Source of the DNA: Chloroflexota bacterium
GTDB lineage: Bacteria > Chloroflexota > Dehalococcoidia > Bin125
Assembly (NCBI GenBank): GCA_026707145.1
Contig: JAPOXK010000003.1
Coordinates: 14,713-78,712 of the forward strand
DNA length: 64,000 nt
Direction: 5' to 3'
How positions within the stretch are numbered: position 1 is the first letter of the stretch; each line of letters begins with the position of its first letter. Made by a program: the position numbers and the translations under genes. This document shows, one piece after another, positions 17,649 to 28,017 of the stretch. A model generated the notes under the pieces. The model saw only the letters and a program-made list of their open reading frames with translations, was not told where the DNA came from and did not search any database.

Positions 17649-18005
17649 ATGGCCGAAGTTATTCTCATCACGATCCTGGTGGTGTTGCTCTTCTATATTT
17701 TTTTCGTGCGCCCGACGCGCTCCGAGCAACGCCGTCGGCGCCGAGACTTAAATGCACTCCGCGTTGGTGACGAGATTCTGACGACCGGGGGATTCATCGC
17801 GACCGTCGACGCAGTCGAGACGCCTCCAGATGGCCCCATGATCCTCTATCTGCGCCTCGGCGATGAGTTCGTGGTACGGGCTCGGAGTTCTGCGGTGGCG
17901 GAGCTCGTCCGCTCCGTCGACGCGATAGACCGAGCGGCACCAGACCTCGAGCGTGATTTCAACGCCTCGGCGCCGGGTCCTTCGTCTCGCGACTCCCTTC
18001 CATGA
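17649..18005 (+). CDS. yajC: Preprotein translocase subunit YajC
   Basis: 118 aa. N-terminal TM (VILITILVVLLFYIFFVRP), then the YajC-like segment LRVGDEILTTGGFIATV. Immediately upstream of secDF. Confidence 0.8.
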   Translation: MAEVILITILVVLLFYIFFVRPTRSEQRRRRRDLNALRVGDEILTTGGFIATVDAVETPPDGPMILYLRLGDEFVVRARSSAVAELVRSVDAIDRAAPDLERDFNASAPGPSSRDSLP

Positions 18006-18061
18006 TCGCAAGCGCCGTGGTCCGTATCATGCCCCACAGGCTTGGGCGGTGATCAAGCGCA

Positions 18062-19768
18062 GTGCGTAGTCGGCAGAACCAACTCGCGGCCGTAGTAATC
18101 GTCGCAGTGACGATCTTCGGCGTGATCGTCACGTGGCCGGGGAATCCGGGCCGGTATCTGCCGAACTTTATCCCCTGGCCGAGCGGCGGGGGAATCGACG
18201 TGGGGGGATTCGAGCGTGAAGAGTTCCGATTAGGGCTGGACTTGGCCGGGGGAGTTTCGGTCACGCTCGAGGCGACCGGCACCTCTTTGCTGGTCCGCCC
18301 AGGCGAATCACTCGAGCGGTTCGCTGAACGCAACGGCGTCGGCATTGAGGACCTCGCCGGGCTCAATCGCGCACTCGGCTCGGTTGATCCGGCGGACTAC
18401 TCTCGTCCACTTCCTGAGGAGGTCTCCCGCCTCACGCTTCCGCTCACGTTGGAGGGTGAGGAACTGGAGTCGGCCGTGCAGCAAGCGCGTGAAATCATCG
18501 AGCAGCGCGTCAGCGGATTCGGCGTCTCCGAGGCCGAGGTCACTTCTCTGGGGAGCGATCGTCTCAATGTCCAGATCCCAGGCGTCACCGCCGAGGAGGC
18601 TGCGGACTTGGTGGGGTCGGTCGCGCTGTTGGAGTTCCGCGAGCGTGACCCGTTTGTGGTTAGCCAGCCGTCGCCGCCAACGCCGAACCAGATCCGCAAC
18701 ACTCTGGAGGATTCATTCCAGGGGCCGCCGCTTGCAGCGCCCCCCCGCATCGCTACCTTCGCCGTGACCGACTTGGACTTGGACGTCGTCGTGGCGGACG
18801 ACGGCTCGCGCTGGATCCCGGCGACTGGGCGGAACGCGCTGGGCGACGCGCAACAGCTGACGGGTGAGTTCCTCATCGCGGATTCGATCCAGCGCACCCT
18901 GGACCAAGGCCAGCCGGCGCTCACGTTCCGTTTCGACGACGAAGGCGCCCGGCTTTTCGAGCAGATCACACGCCGTCTCGTGCAGGGACAAGAGCCACTC
19001 GGGATCTTTTTGGATGGCCAACTGGTGAGCGCGCCGCTCGTCAGGGCGGTTATCGCAGATCGGGGCGTGATCAGCGGCCTTACGGAGGCCGAGGCAACCG
19101 TGCTCCGCCGTCAGCTGCGGGCTGGGTCGCTGCCGCTCAACCTCAGCGTGCTCCAGGAAACGGAAGTTTCTGCCACGTTGGGGAAGGACTCGGTGGTGGA
19201 TACGGTGCAAGCGGGACTGGTCGCGTTCTTGGCGATCATCTTGTTCATGGTCGTCTATTACCGGCTGCCGGGCGCGCTTGGCGCCCTGGCATTGGTCGTA
19301 TACGCCGTGGTGGTGATGACGACGTTCAAGCTGGTGCCGGTCACGCTCACGCTGGCGGGGATCGCGGGATTCGTTCTGTCACTCGGACTCGCGGTCGACG
19401 GCAACATCCTGATCTTCGAGCGGGTGCGGGAGGAGCTGCGACTCGGGCGCAACCTCTCCCGGTCGATCGATATCGGATTCAACCGCGCCTGGCCCGCTAT
19501 TCGCGATTCCAATGTGTCGACGCTGATCACGGTCGCGATCCTGTATTTCTTCGGCGATCAGTTCAATGCCAACCTGATCAAGTCTTTCGCGCTCACATTG
19601 TTCATCGGCACGGTCTTCAGCATGGTTTCCGCGATCTTCGTGACGCGTACATTCCTCAATCTCATCGTGGGGGTCGTGTCGACGCGTCGGCCAGCGCTTC
19701 TGGGAGTGGAGCTACCGGAGCGCGAGGAGTTGGTTTCCAACGCGGCACGGTCGGGCAGCGGAGACTGA
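18062..19768 (+). CDS. secD: Protein translocase subunit SecD
   Basis: 568 aa. N-terminal TM, large periplasmic domain, C-terminal six-TM bundle (LGLAVDGNILIFERVREE). Followed 1 nt later by secF. Confidence 0.88.
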   Translation: MRSRQNQLAAVVIVAVTIFGVIVTWPGNPGRYLPNFIPWPSGGGIDVGGFEREEFRLGLDLAGGVSVTLEATGTSLLVRPGESLERFAERNGVGIEDLAGLNRALGSVDPADYSRPLPEEVSRLTLPLTLEGEELESAVQQAREIIEQRVSGFGVSEAEVTSLGSDRLNVQIPGVTAEEAADLVGSVALLEFRERDPFVVSQPSPPTPNQIRNTLEDSFQGPPLAAPPRIATFAVTDLDLDVVVADDGSRWIPATGRNALGDAQQLTGEFLIADSIQRTLDQGQPALTFRFDDEGARLFEQITRRLVQGQEPLGIFLDGQLVSAPLVRAVIADRGVISGLTEAEATVLRRQLRAGSLPLNLSVLQETEVSATLGKDSVVDTVQAGLVAFLAIILFMVVYYRLPGALGALALVVYAVVVMTTFKLVPVTLTLAGIAGFVLSLGLAVDGNILIFERVREELRLGRNLSRSIDIGFNRAWPAIRDSNVSTLITVAILYFFGDQFNANLIKSFALTLFIGTVFSMVSAIFVTRTFLNLIVGVVSTRRPALLGVELPEREELVSNAARSGSGD

Positions 19769-19769
19769 G

Positions 19770-20993
19770 ATGTCGCTACGCGCTACCGCAGGGGCGATGA
19801 TCGACTTCGTTGGTTGGCGTCGCTACTTCGGGCTGATCTCCATCGGACTCCTTGTTCCTTGTATCGCGGCGCTTGCGATCTGGCAGTTCACCCCGGGTAT
19901 CGATTTCGTGGGCGGCGTCGAGATCGAGACGCGTTTTGTACGTGGCGTGACTGCCGAAGACGTGACGGCGGCGGTCGAGGACTTGAAGGTTGCATACCGC
20001 GATCTGACGGTCGCTGTAGACGAAGGGGAGGCGGGGGCTTTCCGCATCACCTATGCCTCCCGCGCGGGGAGCGATACCGCGGCCTTGGCTGTTGCTCAGC
20101 AGAGTCGGCTCGACGAGCGCCTGGCGCCGGTACGATTCGTGGACGTATTCAGTACCGACACCTCGGTCGAGGTTGAGGTGTGGTTCCCGGCGGATGCGAC
20201 GCAAGAGCAGGTGCGTGAAGCGCTGAGCGCGATCGGGCAAGGCGACGCGCGCGTCCAGCCTACGGACGCCCAAACCTTCAAGATCCGCTTGCAAGAGCGC
20301 GATGATGGCGATACGGCGGCGCTGCGCGACGAAGCCTTAGCTGCACTCGAAGCGGACGTGGGACCGATCGCGGTCTTACAGTCCGCTCTCGTGTCGGGGG
20401 TGCTCAGTTCGGAGATCGCGCGCGACGCGGGAATTGCCTTGGCGGTCGCGGCGGTGGCGATTCTGATCTACATCAGCTTGGCGTTTCGCCGCCTCCCCAA
20501 GCCACTGCTCTATGGGATGGCGACGCTGGTCGCCTTGGCCCACGACGTCACGATCGTGACGGGAATCTTTGCGATTCTTGGGCAGGCGTCCGGTTACGAG
20601 GTAAACGCAATGTTCGTGACGGCGCTGCTCGCCGTCATCGGCTACAGCGTGAACGACACGATCGTTGTCTTCGACCGTATCCGGGAACTCCTGCTCGAGG
20701 GGCGAGGGGGGATTCGCGAGACGGTGAATGCGGCGATCACTCAGACGTTAGGGCGCTCTCTGAATACCTCGATCACACTCATCGTCGCGCTGATCGCGCT
20801 ATTTCTGATCGGAGGCGTCACGATTCGGCCGTTCGTGCTCGTGCTGTTGGTTGGGGCCGTGGCGGGTACCTACTCTTCGGTCGCGGTAGCTAGCCAGATC
20901 GTCGTGCTGTGGGAGGAAGGTTCGATCCGGCGGCGGCTCTTCTTCCTGCGCGCCGAGAGCGAGAGCATGCCGGCGGGGCGCTCGTCTGTCTAG
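19770..20993 (+). CDS. secF: Protein translocase subunit SecF
   Basis: 407 aa. C-terminal RND-like bundle with GYSVNDTIVVFDRIRE. The alternative ATG at 19797 (MIDFVGWRRYF) is possible. Confidence 0.88.
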   Translation: MSLRATAGAMIDFVGWRRYFGLISIGLLVPCIAALAIWQFTPGIDFVGGVEIETRFVRGVTAEDVTAAVEDLKVAYRDLTVAVDEGEAGAFRITYASRAGSDTAALAVAQQSRLDERLAPVRFVDVFSTDTSVEVEVWFPADATQEQVREALSAIGQGDARVQPTDAQTFKIRLQERDDGDTAALRDEALAALEADVGPIAVLQSALVSGVLSSEIARDAGIALAVAAVAILIYISLAFRRLPKPLLYGMATLVALAHDVTIVTGIFAILGQASGYEVNAMFVTALLAVIGYSVNDTIVVFDRIRELLLEGRGGIRETVNAAITQTLGRSLNTSITLIVALIALFLIGGVTIRPFVLVLLVGAVAGTYSSVAVASQIVVLWEEGSIRRRLFFLRAESESMPAGRSSV

Positions 20994-22882
20994 CGCTCCG
21001 CTTGCGCTTTTTTCGCTGCTTCGCGCAGAACGCGAACGTCGCCCACGCGCCGCGTAATGCGACGCCGGTCGAGGTCTTCGAGGATCGCCTGAGCGTACTT
21101 GCGGCTCGTGCGCAGCAGGTCACGCACCTCCGCCAGGGTGATCTCCCTGCGCTCCGCTAGCGTGGCGATGATCCGAGCCGTGAGCGCCTCATGCGCCGCC
21201 GGATCGAAATACAGTCCCTCTGCCACGCGCACAACCTCCCCGTGCGCTTCCATGTAGCTGAGCAACTCGGGTTCGATGGTGCTACTCGCCGGGGGCTGCG
21301 TTCCCCCGTTGCGTAGTGCCGCGAGGAAACGGTCGGCCGTCTCGCGCTGATCCTTACTGAGTGTCACGATGCGATTGGGCAAGTCGAGCACACCGCCCCG
21401 CGCGACGAGCGCGCCGCGCCGCACGAAGGATTGCTCCAGGGCCGCGTAGGTCTTCGCTGAGTGGCCGAGACGGCTGCGCAGTTCCTCCCGCGGGATCCCA
21501 AGGCGGAGCGGATGATCGTCGACGAATGCTTGAGCGAAGCTGCGCGCGCGCGCTACGAGCGCTGCATGACCTGCGGTGGTGATGAGGAGGCTGGCGTCAT
21601 GGAGGGGCCCGTCGCCGAGGTGCACGATCGTCTCATTCGCTACTTGGCGCTCGACGGCGTCGCGTAGCGTGTGTGCTTCCAGCTCGCTCCGGCGGCCGAG
21701 CTCTGCCAGCGGCGCGGGCTCCATTCGTTGAAGGTGGGTGAGAACCGCTTCATCCGCCCTCCCAGTCAGCAGTTGCCCCAGCGCAGCAGTGGTCGCCGGG
21801 TCGTTGCGGCGATGCCGGCGCGCTGGGGAGTCGGCCACCCGTCCACCGCCGATTGTGGTGTCGGTGGCGCGCACGATGAAAAAGTCGCCGCGCGCGACAG
21901 CGATGGGCTCGTCCAGCCGGATCTGCGCCCAGCCGGCGGTGTCGCGCTCGAGTTGCTCTTGCTCCAGCAGACGAATACGGGCTTGGGCCTCGGCGGCGCC
22001 ACAGTGGAAGCTGACGCGGGCATTGTGCTTGATCGGTCGGGGCGCGTCCGGAGTGACGCGCAATCGCACGTCGATGGCGGTGGTGGGTTGGAGCCAGCCC
22101 GGCGTGGTAAGGACGGTGCCGCGAGGCAGTTCACTCGTCGAGACGCCGCTTAAATTGACCGCGGTACGGGTCCCTGGTTCTGCCACGTCGACATTGCGTC
22201 GGTGGTTCTGCAAGCCGCGCACACGCGCCTGGCTCCCACTCGGTACCAGCGCGACCTGGTCGCCCACATGCAGTACCCCGTCGATGAGGGTTCCGGTCAC
22301 GACCGTACCGAACCCGCTAATGGTGAAGGCGCGGTCGATCGGTAGACGCGGACGTCCCACATCACGTTTGGGCGGCAGGTGCTCAAGGACCTCGTCGAGT
22401 GCGGTCCGGAGGGTCGCCAAACCATCGCCGGTCTCGCCGGAGCAGCGAACGATCGACGATCCGCGGAGCGAGGTTTTCGCGATCGTTTCCTGGACCTCCG
22501 CTTCCACTAGATCGAGCCAGTCACGGTCGACAAGGTCTCTCTTGGTGAGGGCGACAACGCCGTGCCCGACCTCCAGCAGATCGAGAATCGCGAGGTGCTC
22601 CCGCGTTTGCGGCATGACCCCTTCGTCCGCTGCAACAACAAGCAACGCGAGGTCGATCCCCCCTACGCCGGCGAGCATGTTCTTGATGAAGCGCTCGTGC
22701 CCCGGGACGTCGACGATGCTGACTTCCCGGCCACTGGGCAGCGTTAGCCAAGCGAAGCCGAGATCGATGGTGAGGCCGCGCGTCTTCTCTTCGGCCAGGC
22801 GATCCGGGTCGATGCCGGTAAGCGCGCGGACCAACCGACTCTTACCGTGGTCGACATGGCCGGCAGTGCCGATGACGTACAT
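20990..22882 (-). CDS. selB: Selenocysteine-specific translation elongation factor SelB
   Basis: 630 aa. GTPase motifs [22 protein letters not shown]-Tu-like domains II/III followed by a ~280-aa winged-helix-type C-terminal extension characteristic of bacterial SelB. Confidence 0.88.
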   Translation of the reverse strand: MYVIGTAGHVDHGKSRLVRALTGIDPDRLAEEKTRGLTIDLGFAWLTLPSGREVSIVDVPGHERFIKNMLAGVGGIDLALLVVAADEGVMPQTREHLAILDLLEVGHGVVALTKRDLVDRDWLDLVEAEVQETIAKTSLRGSSIVRCSGETGDGLATLRTALDEVLEHLPPKRDVGRPRLPIDRAFTISGFGTVVTGTLIDGVLHVGDQVALVPSGSQARVRGLQNHRRNVDVAEPGTRTAVNLSGVSTSELPRGTVLTTPGWLQPTTAIDVRLRVTPDAPRPIKHNARVSFHCGAAEAQARIRLLEQEQLERDTAGWAQIRLDEPIAVARGDFFIVRATDTTIGGGRVADSPARRHRRNDPATTAALGQLLTGRADEAVLTHLQRMEPAPLAELGRRSELEAHTLRDAVERQVANETIVHLGDGPLHDASLLITTAGHAALVARARSFAQAFVDDHPLRLGIPREELRSRLGHSAKTYAALEQSFVRRGALVARGGVLDLPNRIVTLSKDQRETADRFLAALRNGGTQPPASSTIEPELLSYMEAHGEVVRVAEGLYFDPAAHEALTARIIATLAERREITLAEVRDLLRTSRKYAQAILEDLDRRRITRRVGDVRVLREAAKKAQAER

Positions 22883-22936
22883 GTGCGCCTCAGGCTAGCA
22901 GTGGCGTCGGGAAGTCAGCGCCTCCGTGTTAGCATC

Positions 22937-24028
22937 ATGGGCGTGGCACCCTCGGTGATCAAAGTCGGGTTGCTGCGTGATGCGCGCTTCCGCGATCATG
23001 AGACACCGCCCCAGCATCCCGAGCGTCCCCAGCGGCTCGTTACGATCGAGGCCGTGCTTGAGGCTGCTGGTCTGCTCGAGCGAGTCATTGCGATCAACGC
23101 CGTGGAAGCGTCCGAGGAGGCGCTGCGGCGGGTCCATACCGCCGCATTTCTTGCCCGGCTCGCCCGGGCTGATACTGCTGCGCAGTCCCGACAGGTGGCG
23201 CTGGATGCGGACACTTTTGTAAGCGCGGGCTCGTGGCGTGCCGCGCGTCTCGCCTCCGGTGGCGTGCTGAGAGCCGCAGAGCGAGTCGCGCACGGGGAGA
23301 TCGAGTCAGCTTTCTGCCTTCCCCGTCCTCCAGGGCACCATGCGACTGGCGATCGGGCGATGGGGTTCTGTCTGACCAACCACATCGCGGTGGCGGCGGC
23401 GCAGCTTTTCGCTTCCGGCGCGGCCGACCGCCTAGCGGTCGTCGATTTCGACGTTCATCACGGCAATGGGACGCAAGAGATCTTCTGGGACGAACCGCGT
23501 CTCCTCTATGTAAGCCTGCACCAGTTTCCGTACTACCCGGGCACGGGACGGCTGGAAGAGACGGGCCGCGGAGCTGCGGCGGGCACAACGATCAACCTCC
23601 CATTGCCGGCCGGGTGCGGCGACGGGGCCTACCTCCAATGTTTCGACGAGGTGATTTTGCCTGCATTGCGGCGCTTTCAACCGTCGATGCTGCTGATCTC
23701 TGCTGGCTTCGACGCGCACTGGCGCGATCCGCTGGCTGCTCAGAGCCTCAGTGGCGACGGATACCGCGCGATCGCGCAACGTCTCGCCTACGTCGCTGCG
23801 GAGTTGCGTGCTGGGCAAGTCTATGTGCTCGAGGGCGGCTATGACCTGGAAGCGATCGCTTGGGCGACGCGTCACTGTCTCGACGTGCTTCTGGGCAATC
23901 CGCCCGCAGCGGATCCTGTGGGGTTGCCGCCCGCGGCCGCCGACCGTAGTGAGCCTGATGTCACCTCGCTGATCGAGCGCGTCCGGGCGCTTGGTCAGCT
24001 TGTCCCGCTGCGAAAGGCACCTGCATGA
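22937..24028 (+). CDS. Histone deacetylase-family amidohydrolase (AcuC/acetylpolyamine deacetylase-like)
   Basis: From ATG 22937 (MGVAPSVIKVGLL...). Motifs PPGHHA, DFDVHHGNGTQ, FPYYPGTG, EGGY. The ORF-track start 22847 would overlap selB. Confidence 0.85.
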   Translation: MGVAPSVIKVGLLRDARFRDHETPPQHPERPQRLVTIEAVLEAAGLLERVIAINAVEASEEALRRVHTAAFLARLARADTAAQSRQVALDADTFVSAGSWRAARLASGGVLRAAERVAHGEIESAFCLPRPPGHHATGDRAMGFCLTNHIAVAAAQLFASGAADRLAVVDFDVHHGNGTQEIFWDEPRLLYVSLHQFPYYPGTGRLEETGRGAAAGTTINLPLPAGCGDGAYLQCFDEVILPALRRFQPSMLLISAGFDAHWRDPLAAQSLSGDGYRAIAQRLAYVAAELRAGQVYVLEGGYDLEAIAWATRHCLDVLLGNPPAADPVGLPPAAADRSEPDVTSLIERVRALGQLVPLRKAPA

Positions 24029-25014
24029 AGGCGATCGTGTTCGACGAGCCGGGCGAGGCGGAGGTCCTGCGCCTCGCTGAGGTTGACGCCCCGAGGATGG
24101 GAGATCAGGACTTGCTGGTCCGGGTGCATGCGTCGGCGCTCAACCGTGCGGACATCCTCCAGCGGCGTGGTCTCTACGCAGCGGGACCGGGCGCCTCGCC
24201 GATCCTCGGGTTAGAGTTGGCGGGTGAGGTACAGGCAGTCGGTCAGGACGTGAGGGCCTTTCGGCCGGGCGACCGTATCTACGGGCTGAGCGGGGGTGGC
24301 GGGTACGGTGAATGGGCGGCCATTCACGAAGCATTGGCTCTGCCTATTCCTGATGGCTGGAGTTGCGAGTACGCGGCGGCGATCACGGAGGTCTTCTACA
24401 CCGCGAATGAGGCTCTGCGCACGCTGGCCAACCTCGCTGCGGGGGAACGCACGTTGATCCATGCTGGCGGCAGCGGGGTCGGGATCGCAGCCATCCAGAT
24501 CGGTAAAGAGGTGGGGGCAGAGGTATTGGTTACGACTGGCTCCGACGAGAAATGCACCCGCGCTCGTGAGTTGGGCGCGGATGTGGCGATTAACTACAAA
24601 CGCGAAGACTTCGCCAAGACAGTGAAAGAGCGTACCGGAGACGAGGGCGTGGACGTGATCCTGGATGTGCTGGGTGCGTCGTATTGGGAGCGCAACCTAG
24701 CGTCGCTCAATGCTGCTGGGCGCCTCGTTCTGGTAGGACTGATGGGTGGGACGAAGGTTGAGGCCAATCTGGGGCTGATCCTATCGAGGCGGCTGCGGGT
24801 GATCGGTACGGCGATGCGTTCGCAACCGCTAGAGAATCGCATTGCGATCACGCGGCGCTATCGGGAGTGGGTGGAACCGCGTCTCATCAACGGGACCTTC
24901 CGACCGATCATCGACCGAGTATTCCCGTTTCGAGAGGCAGCGGCAGCCCATCGCTACATGGAAGCGAATAAGAACTTCGGCAAGATCGTCTTGGACGTGG
25001 CGGGCGACGGCTAG
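24025..25014 (+). CDS. NAD(P)H:quinone oxidoreductase, zeta-crystallin/PIG3-type MDR
   Basis: 329 aa. MKAIVFDEPGEAEVLRL..., ALNRADILQRRGLY, GLELAGEV, nucleotide fold IHAGGSGVGIAAIQ. ATGA overlap with the upstream gene. Confidence 0.85.
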   Translation: MKAIVFDEPGEAEVLRLAEVDAPRMGDQDLLVRVHASALNRADILQRRGLYAAGPGASPILGLELAGEVQAVGQDVRAFRPGDRIYGLSGGGGYGEWAAIHEALALPIPDGWSCEYAAAITEVFYTANEALRTLANLAAGERTLIHAGGSGVGIAAIQIGKEVGAEVLVTTGSDEKCTRARELGADVAINYKREDFAKTVKERTGDEGVDVILDVLGASYWERNLASLNAAGRLVLVGLMGGTKVEANLGLILSRRLRVIGTAMRSQPLENRIAITRRYREWVEPRLINGTFRPIIDRVFPFREAAAAHRYMEANKNFGKIVLDVAGDG

Positions 25015-25101
25015 GCGGACAGTCGACAGTCCCGGCGGGATACTCGCAGCTTCTTTCGGGATGTAGATGCTCCCTCACCCGAGGCTCGGTACGGGCAACG
25101 C

Positions 25102-26322
25102 TCAGATCTTTTTCAATGGTGTTGGCGGGGCCGTGGTTGCCGCTGTCAGTGAAGGTTCCATGAGCCGGACGAAGACCTCGTTGGCGAGCCTTCTCCCCTT
25201 CCGCGTGAGCCGCAGGCGACTGGCGTCGCGGGTAAGAAGCTCGGCCGCCGTCGCCCATTCCAGAGCGGGCTGGAATCGTTCCCATGTGGCGACGTACCGG
25301 GTGGCGAGCGCCTCAACATCGACGCCCGCGTTAAGACGCAGTCCCAGGATGACGGTATCGAGGACGGCGGTTGCATCGTCGATGGACTCCTCCGACACGA
25401 TCGCTGGGCTCGGCAGTGTGCTTGCACGGGGCTTTGCCATAGCGGTGATGTATCGGGACGGGCTGCGTTCAACTGCGTACCGTACGCCATCGACGAACCC
25501 GTGTGCTCCTGGTCCGACTCCCACGTACTCTCGATGTTGCCAGTAGGCCAAGTTGTGGCGGCAGGCATGCCCCGGCCTTGCGAAATTGCTGATTTCGTAT
25601 TGCACGTAGCCGGCGGCCGCGAGGCAGTCCTCCGTCCAATCGGCCATCTCCGCGCTGACATCCTGATCCGCTTCCCGTACCTGTCCCGCAGCGGCCCGCG
25701 CCGCAAGCGGGGTGCCGTCCTCGATCGTCAGTGCGTAGCAGGACAAGTGGTCTGGCGCCAACGCCAGTGCGCCTTCCAGCGACCGCCGCCAGCCGACGAG
25801 CGATTGCTGGGGCAGGCCAAAGATGAGGTCCAGGCTGACGCTATCGAACGCCGCCGCGCGCGCGAGCCGGACCGCGTGCGCCGCTCGCTCGGCATCATGC
25901 AGACGGTCGAGGAAGCGTAGCTCCGCCTCGTCAAGCGATTGCACTCCGATCGATAATCGGGTCACTCCAGCTGTTCGGTAGGCCGTGAGTCGATCCAGAT
26001 CGACGCTCTCGGGGTTGGCTTCCAACGAGATCTCGGCGGCGGGCATCAGGCAGTAGCTGCGCCGGATCACATCGAGGATGCGTGCGACGGTCTGACCCTC
26101 CAGCAGGCTAGGCGTGCCGCCGCCGAAAAACACGGTCGGCACGGGCCGCCCCGCGACTGCCGGGGCCCACTGGGACAGCTCAGCCAGCAGTGCGTTCTCC
26201 CAGCTGGGGATGAGCGATTCGAGGTTGGCGTAGGTGTTGAAGTCACAGTACGAGCAACGCACGGTGCAGAACGGCACGTGCAGATAGATGCTCACCGCGT
26301 CACCAGGGGTGGCATTACTCAT
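25102..26322 (-). CDS. hemW: Radical SAM heme chaperone HemW / HemN-like
   Basis: From ATG 26322 (MSNATPGDAVSIYLHVPFCTVRCSYCDFNTY), with the radical-SAM CxxxCxxC, GGGTPS, and a C-terminal HemN_C-like domain. The ORF-track start at 26385 lies inside a hairpin. Confidence 0.85.
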   Translation of the reverse strand: MSNATPGDAVSIYLHVPFCTVRCSYCDFNTYANLESLIPSWENALLAELSQWAPAVAGRPVPTVFFGGGTPSLLEGQTVARILDVIRRSYCLMPAAEISLEANPESVDLDRLTAYRTAGVTRLSIGVQSLDEAELRFLDRLHDAERAAHAVRLARAAAFDSVSLDLIFGLPQQSLVGWRRSLEGALALAPDHLSCYALTIEDGTPLAARAAAGQVREADQDVSAEMADWTEDCLAAAGYVQYEISNFARPGHACRHNLAYWQHREYVGVGPGAHGFVDGVRYAVERSPSRYITAMAKPRASTLPSPAIVSEESIDDATAVLDTVILGLRLNAGVDVEALATRYVATWERFQPALEWATAAELLTRDASRLRLTRKGRRLANEVFVRLMEPSLTAATTAPPTPLKKI

Positions 26323-26364
26323 GCTGTGAGTGTAGGGACAGGCGAAGCCCTTGAGCTTAAACGT

Positions 26365-26397
26365 GGAACGCGCGGGATGCTGCACCCCGCGCGTTCC
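26365..26397 (-). terminator. Perfect 12-bp GC-rich stem-loop between the LLM gene and hemW
   Basis: GGAACGCGCGGG (26365-26376), a 9-nt loop, then CCCGCGCGTTCC (26386-26397). On the minus strand it is followed by ACGTTTAAG (short T run). Lies 45 nt after the LLM stop and 42 nt before the hemW ATG. Confidence 0.5.
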
Positions 26398-26441
26398 GCC
26401 CCTCGCCCTGAACGCCTCCTGGGCGTGTGATTATGTGACGA

Positions 26442-27845
26442 CTAGGACACCGGCTCTGCAACGCGCGGTTGCAGGTCGACATCGACGGGATCATTCTCGA
26501 CCAAACCGCCGCAGGCCCCGGCCAGCGCCGGCATGACGTCCGCGGCGAACATGTGCATCTGTTCCTCGACCTCGTCGGCGCTGTAGGTGCTCCCCTCAAA
26601 CCATGGCGTGAACATGAAGTCGTCGTAACCAACGATCTCCTTCACGTTCATGATGTCGTCGATCACCTTGTCGGCGGTGCCGATGAAGGCGAGGCCCTTG
26701 TCGATGACGAGGTCGGCCTGGATGAGCGCGTAAGCGTCGGGAGGCTCTTCCCCCGGATCCGCCAGCAGAGCCGCGATCCCGAAGGGGCTGTAGTAGTTCC
26801 ACTGGTGCTCAAGCGCTCGCTTGTAGCGCGCCGTCTCTGCTTCGGCGTTCGGACCCGGCGGCACGATGTGCACCCAGCGACAGCAGCCATACCCGCGCTT
26901 TTTTTCCGCATCCCATCCGTACTTCCAGGGGCCGCGGTTGAGGCGGTCGGGCCAGTTGTTCTTCTCCGCCTCCTCGTAGTACACGGCGACGTTGTGTTTC
27001 ACGCGCTCATTGGAGTCCGGCACGGTGAAGCAGTTCATGCCGCGACTGACGCACCAATTGATCGATCGCTCGCTGTTGACCGGCTCCCAGAACTGTGGGT
27101 ATGGCTTTTGAACCGGCTGCGGGAAGACGCTCAGTTCCTTGAGGGTGGTCGTCGTGGCATACAGCGGCGCGGCGGCAGCCATCGAGTACATGTCCGCCGG
27201 CGAGAGGTTCAGAACGTCGTCGATGGTCCGCTCAGACTTGGGCTGGTTAAAGAAGCCCATGGTGCCCCAGTGATGCCAGCGGGTGTAGCTCGGCGGGATC
27301 TGGAAGAATTCTCCCTGGTGCGAGAAAGACGGCTCCGTCCAGCATTTCAGAATCAACTCGTACGCTTCGTCGAAGTAGCGGCGGTTGCGCTCTTGGTCTT
27401 GAACCGTCGCGCCAAAGGGCTTGCCGAAGACCTCGGCCTCGCGGGGCTGGTAGCCGCGGCCGATGCCGAACTCCAGCCGGCCGCCGCTGAGGACGTCGAG
27501 GAGCGCTGCTTGCTCGGCCAGGCGAACCGGGTGCCACCAGGGCAAGATATTGGCCATCTGCCCGAGCCGGATCTTCTTCGTCTGCGATGCGATCGCGGCT
27601 TGCACGACGATCGGGTCGGGGCTGTACTCGGCCCCTTCCGGCTGAAAGTGATGCTCGGTGAAGAACATGTAGTTGAACCCGAGCTGCTCCGCCAAGATCG
27701 ATTCTCGAACCTGCCGGTGCGTGATACGGCGATAGCTTTCGTGGATCTCCTCGATCGAGGCATCGGGCACAGGCACGCCGTCTGGCTCCGACTGAATCAG
27801 CGGCAGGTCCACCGCCCCGTTGTGAAAGACACCGAGTTCCAGCAT
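26442..27845 (-). CDS. Luciferase-like (LLM-class) flavin/F420-dependent monooxygenase, long form
   Basis: 467 aa. LLM-type TIM-barrel signatures (FFTEHHF, RLGQMANILPWWHP, LDVLSGGRLEFGIGRGY). The cofactor cannot be decided from sequence. Confidence 0.75.
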   Translation of the reverse strand: MLELGVFHNGAVDLPLIQSEPDGVPVPDASIEEIHESYRRITHRQVRESILAEQLGFNYMFFTEHHFQPEGAEYSPDPIVVQAAIASQTKKIRLGQMANILPWWHPVRLAEQAALLDVLSGGRLEFGIGRGYQPREAEVFGKPFGATVQDQERNRRYFDEAYELILKCWTEPSFSHQGEFFQIPPSYTRWHHWGTMGFFNQPKSERTIDDVLNLSPADMYSMAAAAPLYATTTTLKELSVFPQPVQKPYPQFWEPVNSERSINWCVSRGMNCFTVPDSNERVKHNVAVYYEEAEKNNWPDRLNRGPWKYGWDAEKKRGYGCCRWVHIVPPGPNAEAETARYKRALEHQWNYYSPFGIAALLADPGEEPPDAYALIQADLVIDKGLAFIGTADKVIDDIMNVKEIVGYDDFMFTPWFEGSTYSADEVEEQMHMFAADVMPALAGACGGLVENDPVDVDLQPRVAEPVS

Positions 27846-27918
27846 TCGTCAGTCCCTCCTACGAGCCGCGCGCAAGCCAGCCGCGCGGGCGGCCGAGCGT
27901 TCCAGAGGATGCGGGAGC

Positions 27919-27946
27919 ATTATGCGCTTCCGGGTCAAGGTTGCAA
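27919..27946 (-). promoter_or_regulatory. Candidate sigma-70-type promoter for the LLM gene
   Basis: The minus strand reads TTGCAA (27946-27941), a 16-nt spacer, then CATAAT (27924-27919), about 70 nt upstream of ATG 27845, which is preceded by GGAGGGA. Confidence 0.35.
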
Positions 27947-28017
27947 ACTCTTCCTCGCAGCGATACGAGAGGCGTAGGGCCACTGCGTGCTTCGAGCGCG
28001 CGTTTCTGCGCAACCGT

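Noticed and set aside
25028-25041. Tandem heptamer GACAGTC-GACAGTC between the convergent qor and hemW genes.
   Set aside because: Only two copies and no further periodicity. Most likely chance.
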